Positions 46,842 through 57,469 are shown, numbered from the stretch's first letter. The stretch is DNA of 60,169 nt from an uncultured Candidatus Saccharibacteria bacterium (GCA_964405115.1 CAYOMN010000001.1:5755-65923), one strand, 5' to 3'. Notes: generated by a model from the letters alone, not told the origin. A program made the numbers and translations.

Positions 46842-49800
46842 TTAACTAATTTTACAAATAAAAGTTAATTTCCCTGCTTTTATTTCTGTTCCACTATTTT
46901 CTGTAAACTTAATCTCTGTAATACCAGCAGATAATTTAAACTTACTTTTTCCTTTCTCAATTTTTTCAACAAACTCTCTACCATTATCATCAGTCCATAT
47001 TTCTAGAATTATTTTATTATGAGCATCTAATCCTGCATTTTTACGCATCTTTTGAATTCCACGTAACAATTCACGAATATTTCCCTCTTCTATCAAAGCA
47101 GAAGTTAAATTAGTATTCAAGGATAACTCACCATCAATTAACGTCTTTACATTCATCTCATCTAAAATTAACTTAATATATTCCTCTGGAAGATCCTTTA
47201 TTGGCACTGTAAATGATGAAAGTGGTTGTCTAACCTTTAATTTAGACTCAGCTCTCATCTGTAAACCGACACTTATTAAACCTCGAACTCGTATCATATT
47301 TTCAATAACATTATTGTCATCATAAATATTTCTATCTGACATTGAAGATATATTTATCTCACCTAATCCTTCTTTTTTCGAACAATAAAATAATGTTGGC
47401 CAGCCTTCAAGATGAACAGATTCTAAAAGAGATGAATCTAAAGCTCTTAAATCCTGCCATAATTCTTCTGCAACAAATGGTATAAATGGTGCTATTATCT
47501 TTGAGACTGTTTCCAAAACTTTCCTTGTTGTAGATAAAGCATTCTTTTTATCTAAAAGATTTTCCCCCTTAAACCTATCACGTGAACGACGAATATACCA
47601 AGTAGAAAAATCATCAACAAATTCAAATATAGGACGTGCAGCACGATCAAGCTCATAATTATCAAGACCTTCTGTTACAGAAGATAATAGTTCATACATT
47701 CTAGCAATAATCCACTTATCTAAAATATTATCTGAATTAAAAGAATCACTATGTTCTATATTACCAACATACATTTTATATAATGACATTATATTTCTTA
47801 ATCTGCCAATCACTTTTGATGCAACTTCACGAACCCCCTTTTCTGAAAAAGCAAACTCTTCTGCACGAACAACAGGAGAATTAATCATATACAACCTCAT
47901 CGCATCAGCTCCAGATGTATCAAAAATCAATTGTGGATCAGGATAATTTTTTAAAGATTTTGACATCTTTTTACCATCTTCTGCTAAAATTAACCCATTA
48001 ACAATAACATTTTCAAATGGAGTCTTATTAAAAAGAGCGTTACCAATAACTGTCATTACATAAAACCATCCACGTGTCTGATCAAGACCTTCTGCTATAA
48101 ATTGTGCTGGGAAAGCTTTTTCAAATAATTCCTCATTTTCAAACGGATAATGTTGTTGTGCATACGGCATTGATGAAGAATCAAACCAAACGTCAAATAC
48201 ATCGTTCACACGTTTCAATTCAACCCCATCTTGTTCAATAATAAAATTATCAATATAAGGCCTATGAATATCCAATATCATATCTTCATTGTGTGGGTAC
48301 GGAATAAAATCTAACTTCAAGATATTCGCATTTTCAATTTCAGGTTTTATATAATAAAAATCATAAAAATATCGTTTTAATCCATGCTTTTCAGTAGCAA
48401 ATTGTAAATTTTTTATTGTTTCTGCATGAGAAACAAATAATATATTTTTATTTTTATATTTTTCTTCAAGCTCGAATAGTAAATCTGTCGTTTCTTTATA
48501 TAAATTTCCTATGGATTCGGAATCATTCTCTAATTTTAGATCAAAAATATCTTTTCCTTTTTTCTTTGATTCTTTGTGAAAATCAATCCATTTTTTACCT
48601 TCCCATTTTTTACCAGTATTTCTCTCCCGAATTCTTTTATCAAAAATAATTTGTCCTTTATCTAAACTAAGTTGTTCTCTAATTATTTCTGCAGTCTCTT
48701 TTGTACGCATTAATGGTGATGTAATTATTAAATCAATATCTTTATTTAACAATCCTTTTACACTATCTTGTACTTGTTTACGACCTAAGTCAGTTAAACT
48801 ATTTTCTGTTTTAATCTTCGCATTTATGGCCCCTGTTAAATTTGATTCTGATTCTCCATGTCTTATTACATAATAATTATTCCCTGATCTTTTCGCATAA
48901 GAAAATAATTCATCATAGGAACTAATTACCACATTCTTTTCTGTCTTTGAATTAAACCAAATCGGCAACGGCGTTCCCCAAAAACGTGAACGTGAAATTG
49001 CCCAGTCACGAACTCCTTCAAGCCACTTCCCAAATCTCCCAGATCCAACATGTTCAGGAATCCAATTTACTTTTTTATTTGATTCTATTAATTTATCTTT
49101 AATTTTAGGAACATCAATATACCAAGAAGTTGTTGCATAATTAAGAAGTGGAGTATCACATCGCCAACAATGAGGATAAGAATGAACTAACTTTTTCTTT
49201 GAAAAAAGTTTTCCATCATGAGCAAGTCGCTTAATAATTTCAATATCAGCAGACATTAAATCATCTTTCTTTTTAACTAACATATCAACAAAAGAATCAC
49301 CATCAACTGTATCTGCAAATATATGTTTGAATGCTCCTGATTTTGAAACATGTTGAACAAAAGGCAAATCATTTTCTTCTCCCAACTGTAAATCATCTGA
49401 ACCAAAAGCAGGCGCAATATGAACTACCCCAGTTCCTTCTTCCGTTGTAACAAAATCAGCTCCATACACTTTCCATCCATTTCCATGATTTTCTGTCTCC
49501 GGATCATTTTGATAATAATCAAAAGGAGCAAGATATTCTATCCCTATAAGCTCAGAACCTTTCATTTCTAAAATAATTTCATAAATCTTACCTTCAAAGA
49601 AATATCTTTTACTTCTATCATTATTAGGAACCAATTTTTGGTCTTCTTTTGCAAAAATACTTTTTGCAAGAATATATTTATCAGTAGAAATATTTTTAGT
49701 ATCTCCATAATTTTCAGGAGAATTAATCTGTGCTGATGAGACTTCTTTAATTTTTACATAATCAATGTTTTCGCCAACCGCCAGAGCAACGTTTCCTGGA

Positions 49801-50501
49801 AGCGTCCACGGTGTTGTAGTCCATGCAAGTAAAAATGTCCCTGGTTCGTCTTTTAATTCAAACTTAGCAGTAAGAGAAATATCTGTAACATCTTTATACC
49901 CTTGATTTACTTCAAAATTTGATAATGTCGTCTCACATCGTGGACAAAGATGCATTGCCTTAAATCCTTCTTTAGTAAGTCCTTTCTTATGGAGCTCTCC
50001 AAAAACCCACCAAATAGATTCCATATATTCTGGATCCATTGCCATATAAGCATCTTCCATATCAACGAAACGTCCGGAACGAGGAACAGATTTTTTCCAC
50101 TCGGATTCATAACGCAGAACAGAGTCTCGTGCAGATTTATTAAATTTATCTATTCCATAATCCTCAATATCTTTTTTTGTTGCAAGTCCTAATTCTTTTT
50201 CAATAAGATTTTCAATGGGAAGCCCATGACAATCCCAGCCCCACTTTCGTGGAACATGATAACCTTGCATTGTCTTATAGCGTGGGATGATATCTTTTAT
50301 AGTTCCAGCAAGAAGATGCCCATAATGAGGTAACCCTGTCGCAAAAGGAGGTCCATCATAAAATACAAAATCTCCCTTTGGGGATTCTTTTTCCAGACTT
50401 TTCCTGAAAATATCATTTTTTTGCCAAAAGGAAAGAATTTTTTCTTCCATTTTTGCTATTTCTGATTTTTCCGTTTTTTGACTTTCTCGTTCTTTATTCA
50501 T
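46842..50501 (-). CDS. ileS: isoleucine--tRNA ligase (type 2) with an inserted histidine-phosphatase-superfamily domain
   Basis: PHYGHLL (HIGH), the editing-domain WTTTPWTLPGN and KMSKS. Residues about 541-735 (nt 48297..48881) carry RHGESESN, SPLMRTKETA, RERNTG and VSHAETI. Confidence 0.92.
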   Translation of the reverse strand: MNKERESQKTEKSEIAKMEEKILSFWQKNDIFRKSLEKESPKGDFVFYDGPPFATGLPHYGHLLAGTIKDIIPRYKTMQGYHVPRKWGWDCHGLPIENLIEKELGLATKKDIEDYGIDKFNKSARDSVLRYESEWKKSVPRSGRFVDMEDAYMAMDPEYMESIWWVFGELHKKGLTKEGFKAMHLCPRCETTLSNFEVNQGYKDVTDISLTAKFELKDEPGTFLLAWTTTPWTLPGNVALAVGENIDYVKIKEVSSAQINSPENYGDTKNISTDKYILAKSIFAKEDQKLVPNNDRSKRYFFEGKIYEIILEMKGSELIGIEYLAPFDYYQNDPETENHGNGWKVYGADFVTTEEGTGVVHIAPAFGSDDLQLGEENDLPFVQHVSKSGAFKHIFADTVDGDSFVDMLVKKKDDLMSADIEIIKRLAHDGKLFSKKKLVHSYPHCWRCDTPLLNYATTSWYIDVPKIKDKLIESNKKVNWIPEHVGSGRFGKWLEGVRDWAISRSRFWGTPLPIWFNSKTEKNVVISSYDELFSYAKRSGNNYYVIRHGESESNLTGAINAKIKTENSLTDLGRKQVQDSVKGLLNKDIDLIITSPLMRTKETAEIIREQLSLDKGQIIFDKRIRERNTGKKWEGKKWIDFHKESKKKGKDIFDLKLENDSESIGNLYKETTDLLFELEEKYKNKNILFVSHAETIKNLQFATEKHGLKRYFYDFYYIKPEIENANILKLDFIPYPHNEDMILDIHRPYIDNFIIEQDGVELKRVNDVFDVWFDSSSMPYAQQHYPFENEELFEKAFPAQFIAEGLDQTRGWFYVMTVIGNALFNKTPFENVIVNGLILAEDGKKMSKSLKNYPDPQLIFDTSGADAMRLYMINSPVVRAEEFAFSEKGVREVASKVIGRLRNIMSLYKMYVGNIEHSDSFNSDNILDKWIIARMYELLSSVTEGLDNYELDRAARPIFEFVDDFSTWYIRRSRDRFKGENLLDKKNALSTTRKVLETVSKIIAPFIPFVAEELWQDLRALDSSLLESVHLEGWPTLFYCSKKEGLGEINISSMSDRNIYDDNNVIENMIRVRGLISVGLQMRAESKLKVRQPLSSFTVPIKDLPEEYIKLILDEMNVKTLIDGELSLNTNLTSALIEEGNIRELLRGIQKMRKNAGLDAHNKIILEIWTDDNGREFVEKIEKGKSKFKLSAGITEIKFTENSGTEIKAGKLTFICKIS

Positions 50502-50831
50502 AATAGATATTATACTTGAATTAATTAAAAAGTGCCCATTTTAGGACACTTTTTAATTACTATTTAATAATTAAATTGTCCTAATTAAGATAGAGTTTTC
50601 TCTAATTATTGGAATAATAATTCAATTTAACATATTTTTAATATACAAGAAACACTAAAATAGTAAGTAAAGACAAAACAAATACTCTTTTTTATTTTAA
50701 AATATGATTATTAAAAATAAAAAAGATATTGAACAAAAAACCTTATGCACGATGATAAAAAACACGGTTACATACGATAACTATCCAAATAAACAAAACA
50801 ACAAGATTGTCCTCTTTTTTGTATTTTTTTA

Positions 50832-51431
50832 CTAAAAAGAAACTTTTACTGCTTCTTTTTCTTCAGAATTATCATCTAAATCAAAGAATTCTTTTTTATT
50901 GAATCCAAACATCCCTGCAAATACATTTGTAGGAAACGACATTATCATTGTGTTGATTTCTCTAACAACACTATTATAAAATCGTCGTGCTGCTTGAATT
51001 TTATTTTCTGTGTCAGTAATCTCATTTTGTAATTCCAAAAAATTTTCATTTGCTTTAAGGTTTGGATACTGCTCTGCCACAGCCATCAATTTTCCAAGTG
51101 CGCCAGAAAGACCTGATTGAACCTTAGAAAAAGCTGCCATTTGTTCTGGTGTAATATTTGAAGCATTAATATTCATTGCTGTTGCTTTTGATCTTGCTTC
51201 TAATACAGCCTCTAGTGTTTCTCTTTCGTGTGACGCATATCCTTTTACTGTTTCAACAAGATTTGGAATAAGATCATATCGACGTTTTAATTGAACGTCA
51301 ATATCAGCCCATGCCTCTTCCACACGAACCGTTCGCTTAACAAGTCTATTGTATAAACCAATAATAAAACCAACTATTAAGACTACGATTATTAATATAA
51401 TTATTCCTATTGTCATAATATGATTATACAC
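50832..51431 (-). CDS. lemA: LemA family protein
   Basis: N-terminal TM segment and the motif RYDLIPNLVETVKGYASHE. Confidence 0.85.
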   Translation of the reverse strand: MYNHIMTIGIIILIIVVLIVGFIIGLYNRLVKRTVRVEEAWADIDVQLKRRYDLIPNLVETVKGYASHERETLEAVLEARSKATAMNINASNITPEQMAAFSKVQSGLSGALGKLMAVAEQYPNLKANENFLELQNEITDTENKIQAARRFYNSVVREINTMIMSFPTNVFAGMFGFNKKEFFDLDDNSEEKEAVKVSF

Positions 51432-51465
51432 TAATACAATTTTTAAAAAACCATTCTAAAAAAAA

Positions 51466-51942
51466 TTAACCCCAAATATATTTTTCAAAATCATGCCGTG
51501 ATTGAATACCTATACCAATACCACTTTTTTCATCTAAGTCAGAAAAACTATGCGTTGTTATATGGGGAAAAATGTCATAGTGAAAACCAACAATCTCAGA
51601 AAAACTTTTTTTAAAATCTTCTTTTTTCTCCATTATAAGCTCAATAATTCTAGAATATCGTATGTGATTTCAGTAATCTTTTCTAAGAAAATAAATTCTA
51701 TTTGTTTTATTAAAACTAAACTTAAACTCTTTAATAAAATTAAATAATTCTTTCTTTTGTATTTGCGAACAGGAGCTCTCAATATGCATTAATATATTAT
51801 CAGTAAAGATAGTTACATGAAATTCACTTTTTCTATTTAACTCAATATTTTTATATGAAACAACAGAATTAATATTATTCATGTTTATTACAGGAACAAT
51901 ACATCCTAGGTAACTACATTTTAATTTATCTATTTTTAACAT
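51466..51942 (-). pseudogene. 2H-phosphoesterase (LigT-like) gene interrupted by a single in-frame TGA
   Basis: Track ORF 51670..51942 contains EFHVTIF (an HxTx motif). After the TGA at 51670..51672, the same frame continues for 67 codons containing FPHITTHS (a second HxTx motif) to the TAA at 51466..51468. The two His motifs are about 85 residues apart. Confidence 0.45.
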
Positions 51943-51956
51943 AAATTAATTGTAAC

Positions 51957-51984
51957 AAAAAACAAGTTTTTAACTTGTTTTTTA
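51957..51984 (-). terminator. intrinsic terminator downstream of secF
   Basis: Stem aacaagtt/aacttgtt followed by a T-run on the minus strand. Confidence 0.65.
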
Positions 51985-52005
51985 TAAACACCTTATAAGA
52001 TACTC

Positions 52006-52887
52006 TTATTTATCAGATTTTCCTGTCATGTATGTCAATAATGGAGAAGCTAGGAAAATTGAAGAGTAGGTTCCAACAACGGTACCAAGTAATAATACAA
52101 GAGCTAGTGTTCTTGTGGCAACCGGACCAACATAATATAGTGCAAATAATACAACTACCAATGTAAGTGATGTAAATATAGACCTTGCTATCGTACTGTT
52201 TATAGCATGCCCAACGGTATCATCAAATGCTTCTTTGGTTTTTGTCTCATTGTTATGTCCAAGATTTTCACGAATTCTATCAAAAACAACAATTGTATCA
52301 TTTACAGACAAACCAAGTATCGAGAGTAATCCAACAACATATAATGTATTTATTTCTGTACCAAGTAATGTTAAAATTCCAATAGGTATTATTATATCAT
52401 GTAGTAATGCAATAACAGCCACAACCCCATACTTCCAAGAGGAAACTGGCTTTGAAACATGCCGAAATGCGTAAGCAACAAATAACACTATTCCAAGTGA
52501 TACAAAGATCAATGCATATAAAGATTTTGTTCTTAGCTCTCTTCCAACAGACGGTCCAATTGAATTAAATCGTTCAACACTTGGTTCTGTTCCAACTGAT
52601 TTCATAGCCTTAATAAGGGACTTTCTTCCTTCTTCGCTAACGTCTTGTGTCTTCACAACATAAGAATTCTCACCAAACTTTTGAACGTCAACATCAAAAC
52701 CGTTCTCAGTAAGTGCTTTCTTAACACTATCTATCTCTGGTCTCTCACTATATGACATTTCTAAAACAGCACCACCAGTAAACTCAATTCCATAATCAAG
52801 ACCTTTAATTCCGATAACAACCAATGCTGCCAATACAAGTGCTGTTGATATTCCTAAAAATATTTTTTTATATTTAATGATATTCAT
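52006..52887 (-). CDS. secF: protein translocase subunit SecF
   Basis: SecF pattern (GIEFTGG...DTIVVFDRIREN). Confidence 0.9.
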   Translation of the reverse strand: MNIIKYKKIFLGISTALVLAALVVIGIKGLDYGIEFTGGAVLEMSYSERPEIDSVKKALTENGFDVDVQKFGENSYVVKTQDVSEEGRKSLIKAMKSVGTEPSVERFNSIGPSVGRELRTKSLYALIFVSLGIVLFVAYAFRHVSKPVSSWKYGVVAVIALLHDIIIPIGILTLLGTEINTLYVVGLLSILGLSVNDTIVVFDRIRENLGHNNETKTKEAFDDTVGHAINSTIARSIFTSLTLVVVLFALYYVGPVATRTLALVLLLGTVVGTYSSIFLASPLLTYMTGKSDK

Positions 52888-52891
52888 AATA

Positions 52892-54304
52892 TTATTTTGT
52901 TAATCCTGATTTATATAAGAATTTTATAAGTTTTGAATTATTTTTACCCTCTTTTTTGCTAAAAGAAAGAAGTATTGACCTTGTTACGGTAACAGCTGTG
53001 AACATTGAAACAATTATTCCTAATCCAAAAGTCAAAGCAAATCCTTTAATTAAAGCTGTTCCAAACCAAAATAGAATTATCGCAGAAATAATAGACGAAA
53101 TATTTGCATCACGAATTGAGGCCCATGCTCTTTTAAAACCATTATCAATTGCTGTATAAATTGTCCTTCCCTCAGCAATCTCTTCTTTCATTCTTTCAAA
53201 AATTAAAATATTTGCATCGACAGCTATTCCTATAGATATAATAAATCCAGCAATTCCAGCAGATGTAAGAGTTATTGGTATAAACTTAAACAACCATAAC
53301 ATCAAAGACGTGTAAATACCCAAGGCAACAACTGCAATCAAACCAGGTAATCTATACCAAAGAATTAATATAAGTGCTACAAGAATCAAACCAATTATCC
53401 CAGCCCTAACACCAGCATCAACAGCATTATGCCCAAGTGTTGGTCCAATTGTATTTGTAGATATTAATTCTATTGGTATAGGTAATGCACCTGAATTTAA
53501 TCTTCCAACAATATCTTTTGCTTCTTCAATACTAAAATCTCCTTCTATTATTGCTTGACCTCCAGAAATAGCCGTGTTAACACGTGGGGTTGATACAGGC
53601 AATCCATCTAGATAAATAGCGAGTATTTTCCCGACATTATCAGTAGTTATCTTTTCAAAAAGATCTGCTCCTTCTTTGTTGAAAGAAAGTGCAATAATTG
53701 GCTTTGACTGAAGACCCCCCCCCTTCTTTACACCAGCTTGAGAAAACTGTAATGAAGCTTTTTCAAGATATTTTCCTGTTAGCTTTGTTGAAACATAGTA
53801 TGGATCTTTTTGAACAAGACTTACGTCAATATCTTTATTTGTAGTCTTTCCTTTCTCGCTCGATAGATTGGCTTTGAGTTTGTCAATCTCTGCAAGGATA
53901 GCATCACGCTCTTTAGCTGGACGCTCTGTCTTAAATTCCAAAAATGGAGTTTTACCAATCATTTCAACGGCCTTATCTAAATCAGTTACACCGGGAAGTT
54001 CAATAACAAGTCTTTCTTCGCTTTCTCCGGCAATAGAATTTGTTTCAGTTTGTACATTTGGTTCCGCAATACCAAAAGCATTAATCCTTCTTTCTATAAC
54101 ATCACGAAGTGCATCCATAGAAGATTTCACTTCGCTATCTGGTATACTTGACACATCGGCCTTATAAACAAGATATGACCCACCACTTAGATCAAGACCT
54201 AATTTAAATGAATTTTTTCCATTTTGTTCTGTTCTAACAACATAGAATCCCAAAAAGATTCCTAGCGCTATAAATACTAACGCAATAATTCTCATTTTCC
54301 ACAT
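52892..54304 (-). CDS. secD: protein translocase subunit SecD
   Basis: SecD pattern (LGLDLSGG...DANILIFERMKEE). Confidence 0.9.
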   Translation of the reverse strand: MWKMRIIALVFIALGIFLGFYVVRTEQNGKNSFKLGLDLSGGSYLVYKADVSSIPDSEVKSSMDALRDVIERRINAFGIAEPNVQTETNSIAGESEERLVIELPGVTDLDKAVEMIGKTPFLEFKTERPAKERDAILAEIDKLKANLSSEKGKTTNKDIDVSLVQKDPYYVSTKLTGKYLEKASLQFSQAGVKKGGGLQSKPIIALSFNKEGADLFEKITTDNVGKILAIYLDGLPVSTPRVNTAISGGQAIIEGDFSIEEAKDIVGRLNSGALPIPIELISTNTIGPTLGHNAVDAGVRAGIIGLILVALILILWYRLPGLIAVVALGIYTSLMLWLFKFIPITLTSAGIAGFIISIGIAVDANILIFERMKEEIAEGRTIYTAIDNGFKRAWASIRDANISSIISAIILFWFGTALIKGFALTFGLGIIVSMFTAVTVTRSILLSFSKKEGKNNSKLIKFLYKSGLTK

Positions 54305-54612
54305 AATGTTTTTATTATATGCTCATTTTTTATTTTTTCAAATAAAAAATACCTTCAAAATAAAGTATTTTTGTATACACTCAATATATGAATCACCTCT
54401 ATAATAAGAAAATAAAGTCTCTCCCATGAGAGTATATTTTATTAATTTATAAGCAAAGAAGATCAAAATTACCATAGTAAATAGAATTACATATTTATCA
54501 CCCATGTTTGCAATAAAAGAAATCATATCATCAAGATATGGGTAATTTATAATTCAACTATACATAGAAATAATTCTTTTTGTAAATTACTGAGTATATC
54601 TAACATAAATAA

Positions 54613-55446
54613 TTATGTATAACTTATGTTTTGTGTCTTTAGGATATTTTGATAAAGTATTGCAATCGTAATTGGTCCAATTCCACCTGGAACAGGTGTA
54701 TAAAATAAGGATTTTTCATAACAACTAGAATCTATATCACCAACAACCTTCTTTCCCGCTTCGCTAGTCCCACAGTCAATTAAAACAACACCTTCTTTTA
54801 TCATATCTGATTTAATCAAATTTGGAATACCTACACCTGAGATTATTAAATCTGCATTAATCAAATATTTATATTTTTTTTCTTCTGACGTATTTCTCTC
54901 AATAACATTGTATTTAATCTCTTGTTTATCCAACCAAGAACTGAATGGTTTCCCAACTAAATCACCATATCCGACAATTACAATATTTTTATCTTTAAAA
55001 GAGAAATCTTCGTTTTTTAAAGCCTCAATTATAGCCCCTGTCACTGGTGGTAACATTATACTACCGCCATTTATAAATGATGATTTAGAATCATTAGATA
55101 AAACATCGACATCTTTTCCGAATGGAACTGAATTTAAAACATATTGAGTATCTAAACGTTTTGGCAATGGCAATTGAACAATTACGGCATCAGATTTTTT
55201 ATAAATATTTTTAATCTCTGAAATTAATGTTTGTTGATCTATATTTTTGTTAAAATTATATACTTTAACAGAAACACCTATATCTTCACCAAATTCTTTT
55301 TTATATCTTATAAAATTATCAATAATTGGATCTTGGCCAACATAGATAATTGAAAAAATAATTTCTATATTTAAATCAGAAACTTTCATCTTTAATTCTT
55401 CTTTTATTTTTTCGGCAATCTTCTTTCCAGAAATTCGTTTTGACAT
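54613..55446 (-). CDS. folD: bifunctional methylenetetrahydrofolate dehydrogenase/cyclohydrolase
   Basis: Motifs VQLPLP and TPVPGGIGPIT. Confidence 0.9.
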   Translation of the reverse strand: MSKRISGKKIAEKIKEELKMKVSDLNIEIIFSIIYVGQDPIIDNFIRYKKEFGEDIGVSVKVYNFNKNIDQQTLISEIKNIYKKSDAVIVQLPLPKRLDTQYVLNSVPFGKDVDVLSNDSKSSFINGGSIMLPPVTGAIIEALKNEDFSFKDKNIVIVGYGDLVGKPFSSWLDKQEIKYNVIERNTSEEKKYKYLINADLIISGVGIPNLIKSDMIKEGVVLIDCGTSEAGKKVVGDIDSSCYEKSLFYTPVPGGIGPITIAILYQNILKTQNISYT

Positions 55447-55487
55447 AACATAATTATACTAATAGAAAGTAAAAATGAAAAGAAAGA

Positions 55488-56609
55488 TTACCTTAGAAAA
55501 GCATCTGCTTGGTTATCCTTATAAATAAGACGTCCACGTCCACGCATACTCATTAATATTCCTAAAGATAAAAATTCGATAAAAAGATGTGACCCTCCAT
55601 ATGAAATAAAAGGTAAAGTTACTCCTGTAACAGGCATAACCCCAATGTTCATACCAATATTTATTATAATATGAGTCATAAGGTAAAAAACCAAACCTAC
55701 AGAAAATAAAAGCTCAAAATTACTATTCATTGAATATGCATTTATCAAAATACGAATAATTATAAATAAAAGTAATAACAACATTATAACAGAACCAACA
55801 AAACCCCATTCTTCTGATATTGCAGCAAAAATAAAATCAGATTCATATTCTGGCAAAAAAGAAAGTCGTGACTGTGTACCATACCCTACACCCTTTCCAA
55901 GTAATCTTCCTGATCCAACTGCAATTGTTGATTGATATGCATTATATCCTGTACCTCTTATGTCAGATAATGGATTTATAAAAGTCATTATCCTATTTTT
56001 TTGATAATCCTGCAAAACAAAGATCCACATTACAGAAAATAGCGCTAATCCAGATATAATTAGAATTAATAGGTGTTTTTTTGATATACCAGATATCAAA
56101 ATCATACCAAACCAAATTCCAAATAGTATAACGGCCGACCCAAAATCTGGTTGTAAAAATATCAAAATAAATGGAATTAAAAAATATAATCCAGTGATAA
56201 AAATGTGTTTTATTGCCTTAATTCCAACATGTCTTCGTGCTAAATATTTTGCAAGAATAAGGATCAACATTAATTTCATAAAATCTGCTGGCTGAAATGT
56301 AAACCCTCCGAAAGAAATCCAAGATGTTGCTCCATGTGTTGTTAGTCCAAAGAAGAAAAGAAAAATAAGCAGTCCAACACCAAATATATAAAATATAATA
56401 ATATTTTTAGATTTTTTTAAAAAACTTAAATCAAGTGATGCCACTAAAAATAAGATAACGAACGAAATTCCAAACCATGTAAGTTGCTTTACAAAAAGAC
56501 CTTCCCCACTCTTAACACCCAAAGAACTCATTGCTGAAAGACTTAAGACAGATAGTGGAATAAGTGAAAATATTATCCACCAATCAATTTTTGAAATAAA
56601 TTTCTTCAT
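55488..56609 (-). CDS. FtsW/RodA/SpoVE family glycosyltransferase
   Basis: Motif ESDFIFAAISEEWGFVGS in a polytopic protein. Confidence 0.9.
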   Translation of the reverse strand: MKKFISKIDWWIIFSLIPLSVLSLSAMSSLGVKSGEGLFVKQLTWFGISFVILFLVASLDLSFLKKSKNIIIFYIFGVGLLIFLFFFGLTTHGATSWISFGGFTFQPADFMKLMLILILAKYLARRHVGIKAIKHIFITGLYFLIPFILIFLQPDFGSAVILFGIWFGMILISGISKKHLLILIISGLALFSVMWIFVLQDYQKNRIMTFINPLSDIRGTGYNAYQSTIAVGSGRLLGKGVGYGTQSRLSFLPEYESDFIFAAISEEWGFVGSVIMLLLLLFIIIRILINAYSMNSNFELLFSVGLVFYLMTHIIINIGMNIGVMPVTGVTLPFISYGGSHLFIEFLSLGILMSMRGRGRLIYKDNQADAFLR

Positions 56610-56619
56610 GAAAATATCT

Positions 56620-57414
56620 TTACCTGGTTATTGATTCTATCGGTGTAAAAGGATTAATCCTTGGAATTATTTCCACACGAGAAACAACATCATCAAATGG
56701 TTCTGGCCAAGAATAGTGAACTTCTTTTTTTTCCCCTTGTCCAATTGAATCTATATATGTTCTACTTGTCGCAACAGCATTTCCCTTACTATTATATAGA
56801 ATTGCAATAACAGGAACATCTGTAAAATTATATCTAGATTTATTTTCAATTGGGGCTGTCAATTTTGGATGACTATCTTGTTGTGAAAGAACTGGTTCTC
56901 CAACATTAAATAGTCCATAAGAAAAAGAAGAATCTGTTTTTTCCCAATCTTGTACAGAAGAAATTTTAAAAAATGCAGTATAAGCTTCATTATCTCCTGT
57001 TGTTATTCCTGGTTCAAACACCACTGATCTTTTATTTGCTTCAACAAAAGTTTTACCAATACGAGGCTTTGCAACTAAAACATTATCTTTGTCATAAAGA
57101 CGAAATTCATAGGTAAGCTCTTTTATTCCTGAATTTAAATTCTGATTCTCAAAATAGGCAATAGTATTATAAACACCATCTGCAACCTTAAACGGCCTCT
57201 CCCACCAGACAACAAGATTTCTCACTTCATCAACACAAACCTTTGAACAAATTCCCCCACAATCAATCCCTGTTTCTGTTCCATTTTGTACTTCATCAAA
57301 ACATGTAGGCTTTTTATTATTGAACGAAAAAACTATAAAAGAAAAAATTATTAAAAACAAAATACCCATAACAATAATAATCTTTCTTTTTCTTTTTCTA
57401 GCCCATTTTGACAT
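56620..57414 (-). CDS. membrane-anchored hypothetical protein with a CFDxxQNGxExGxDCGGxC motif
   Basis: Start ATG 57414 lies 7 nt after TATACT. It has a TM anchor followed by CFDEVQNGTETGIDCGGICSKVC. Confidence 0.6.
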   Translation of the reverse strand: MSKWARKRKRKIIIVMGILFLIIFSFIVFSFNNKKPTCFDEVQNGTETGIDCGGICSKVCVDEVRNLVVWWERPFKVADGVYNTIAYFENQNLNSGIKELTYEFRLYDKDNVLVAKPRIGKTFVEANKRSVVFEPGITTGDNEAYTAFFKISSVQDWEKTDSSFSYGLFNVGEPVLSQQDSHPKLTAPIENKSRYNFTDVPVIAILYNSKGNAVATSRTYIDSIGQGEKKEVHYSWPEPFDDVVSRVEIIPRINPFTPIESITR

Positions 57415-57469
57415 ATAAATAAGTATACATCTACACATAGAAAAATCCAACGATAAACATTGAGTTTTT

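Noticed and set aside
50502-50560. T-box or other long leader upstream of the aaRS genes (ileS, glyQS, hisS, metG)
   Set aside because: The upstream regions are far too short. A -10 box lies 6-8 nt from each start, and no specifier or antiterminator structure is present.
9380-53159. Numerous 60-130-aa track ORFs nested antisense or out of frame inside long conserved genes, for example 9380..9628, 10061..10318, 11381..11587, 11947..12453, 23289..23678, 24939..25259, 28630..28983, 37890..38159, 48416..48649, 52235..52474 and 53868..54167
   Set aside because: Each is fully contained in a confidently identified CDS on the other strand or in another frame. They have low-complexity or odd composition and lack promoter or terminator context.
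54338-54526. A 62-aa ORF between folD and secD as a YajC-like translocase subunit
   Set aside because: The position is suggestive, but the sequence does not resemble YajC and has no clear start context. It is too weak to call.
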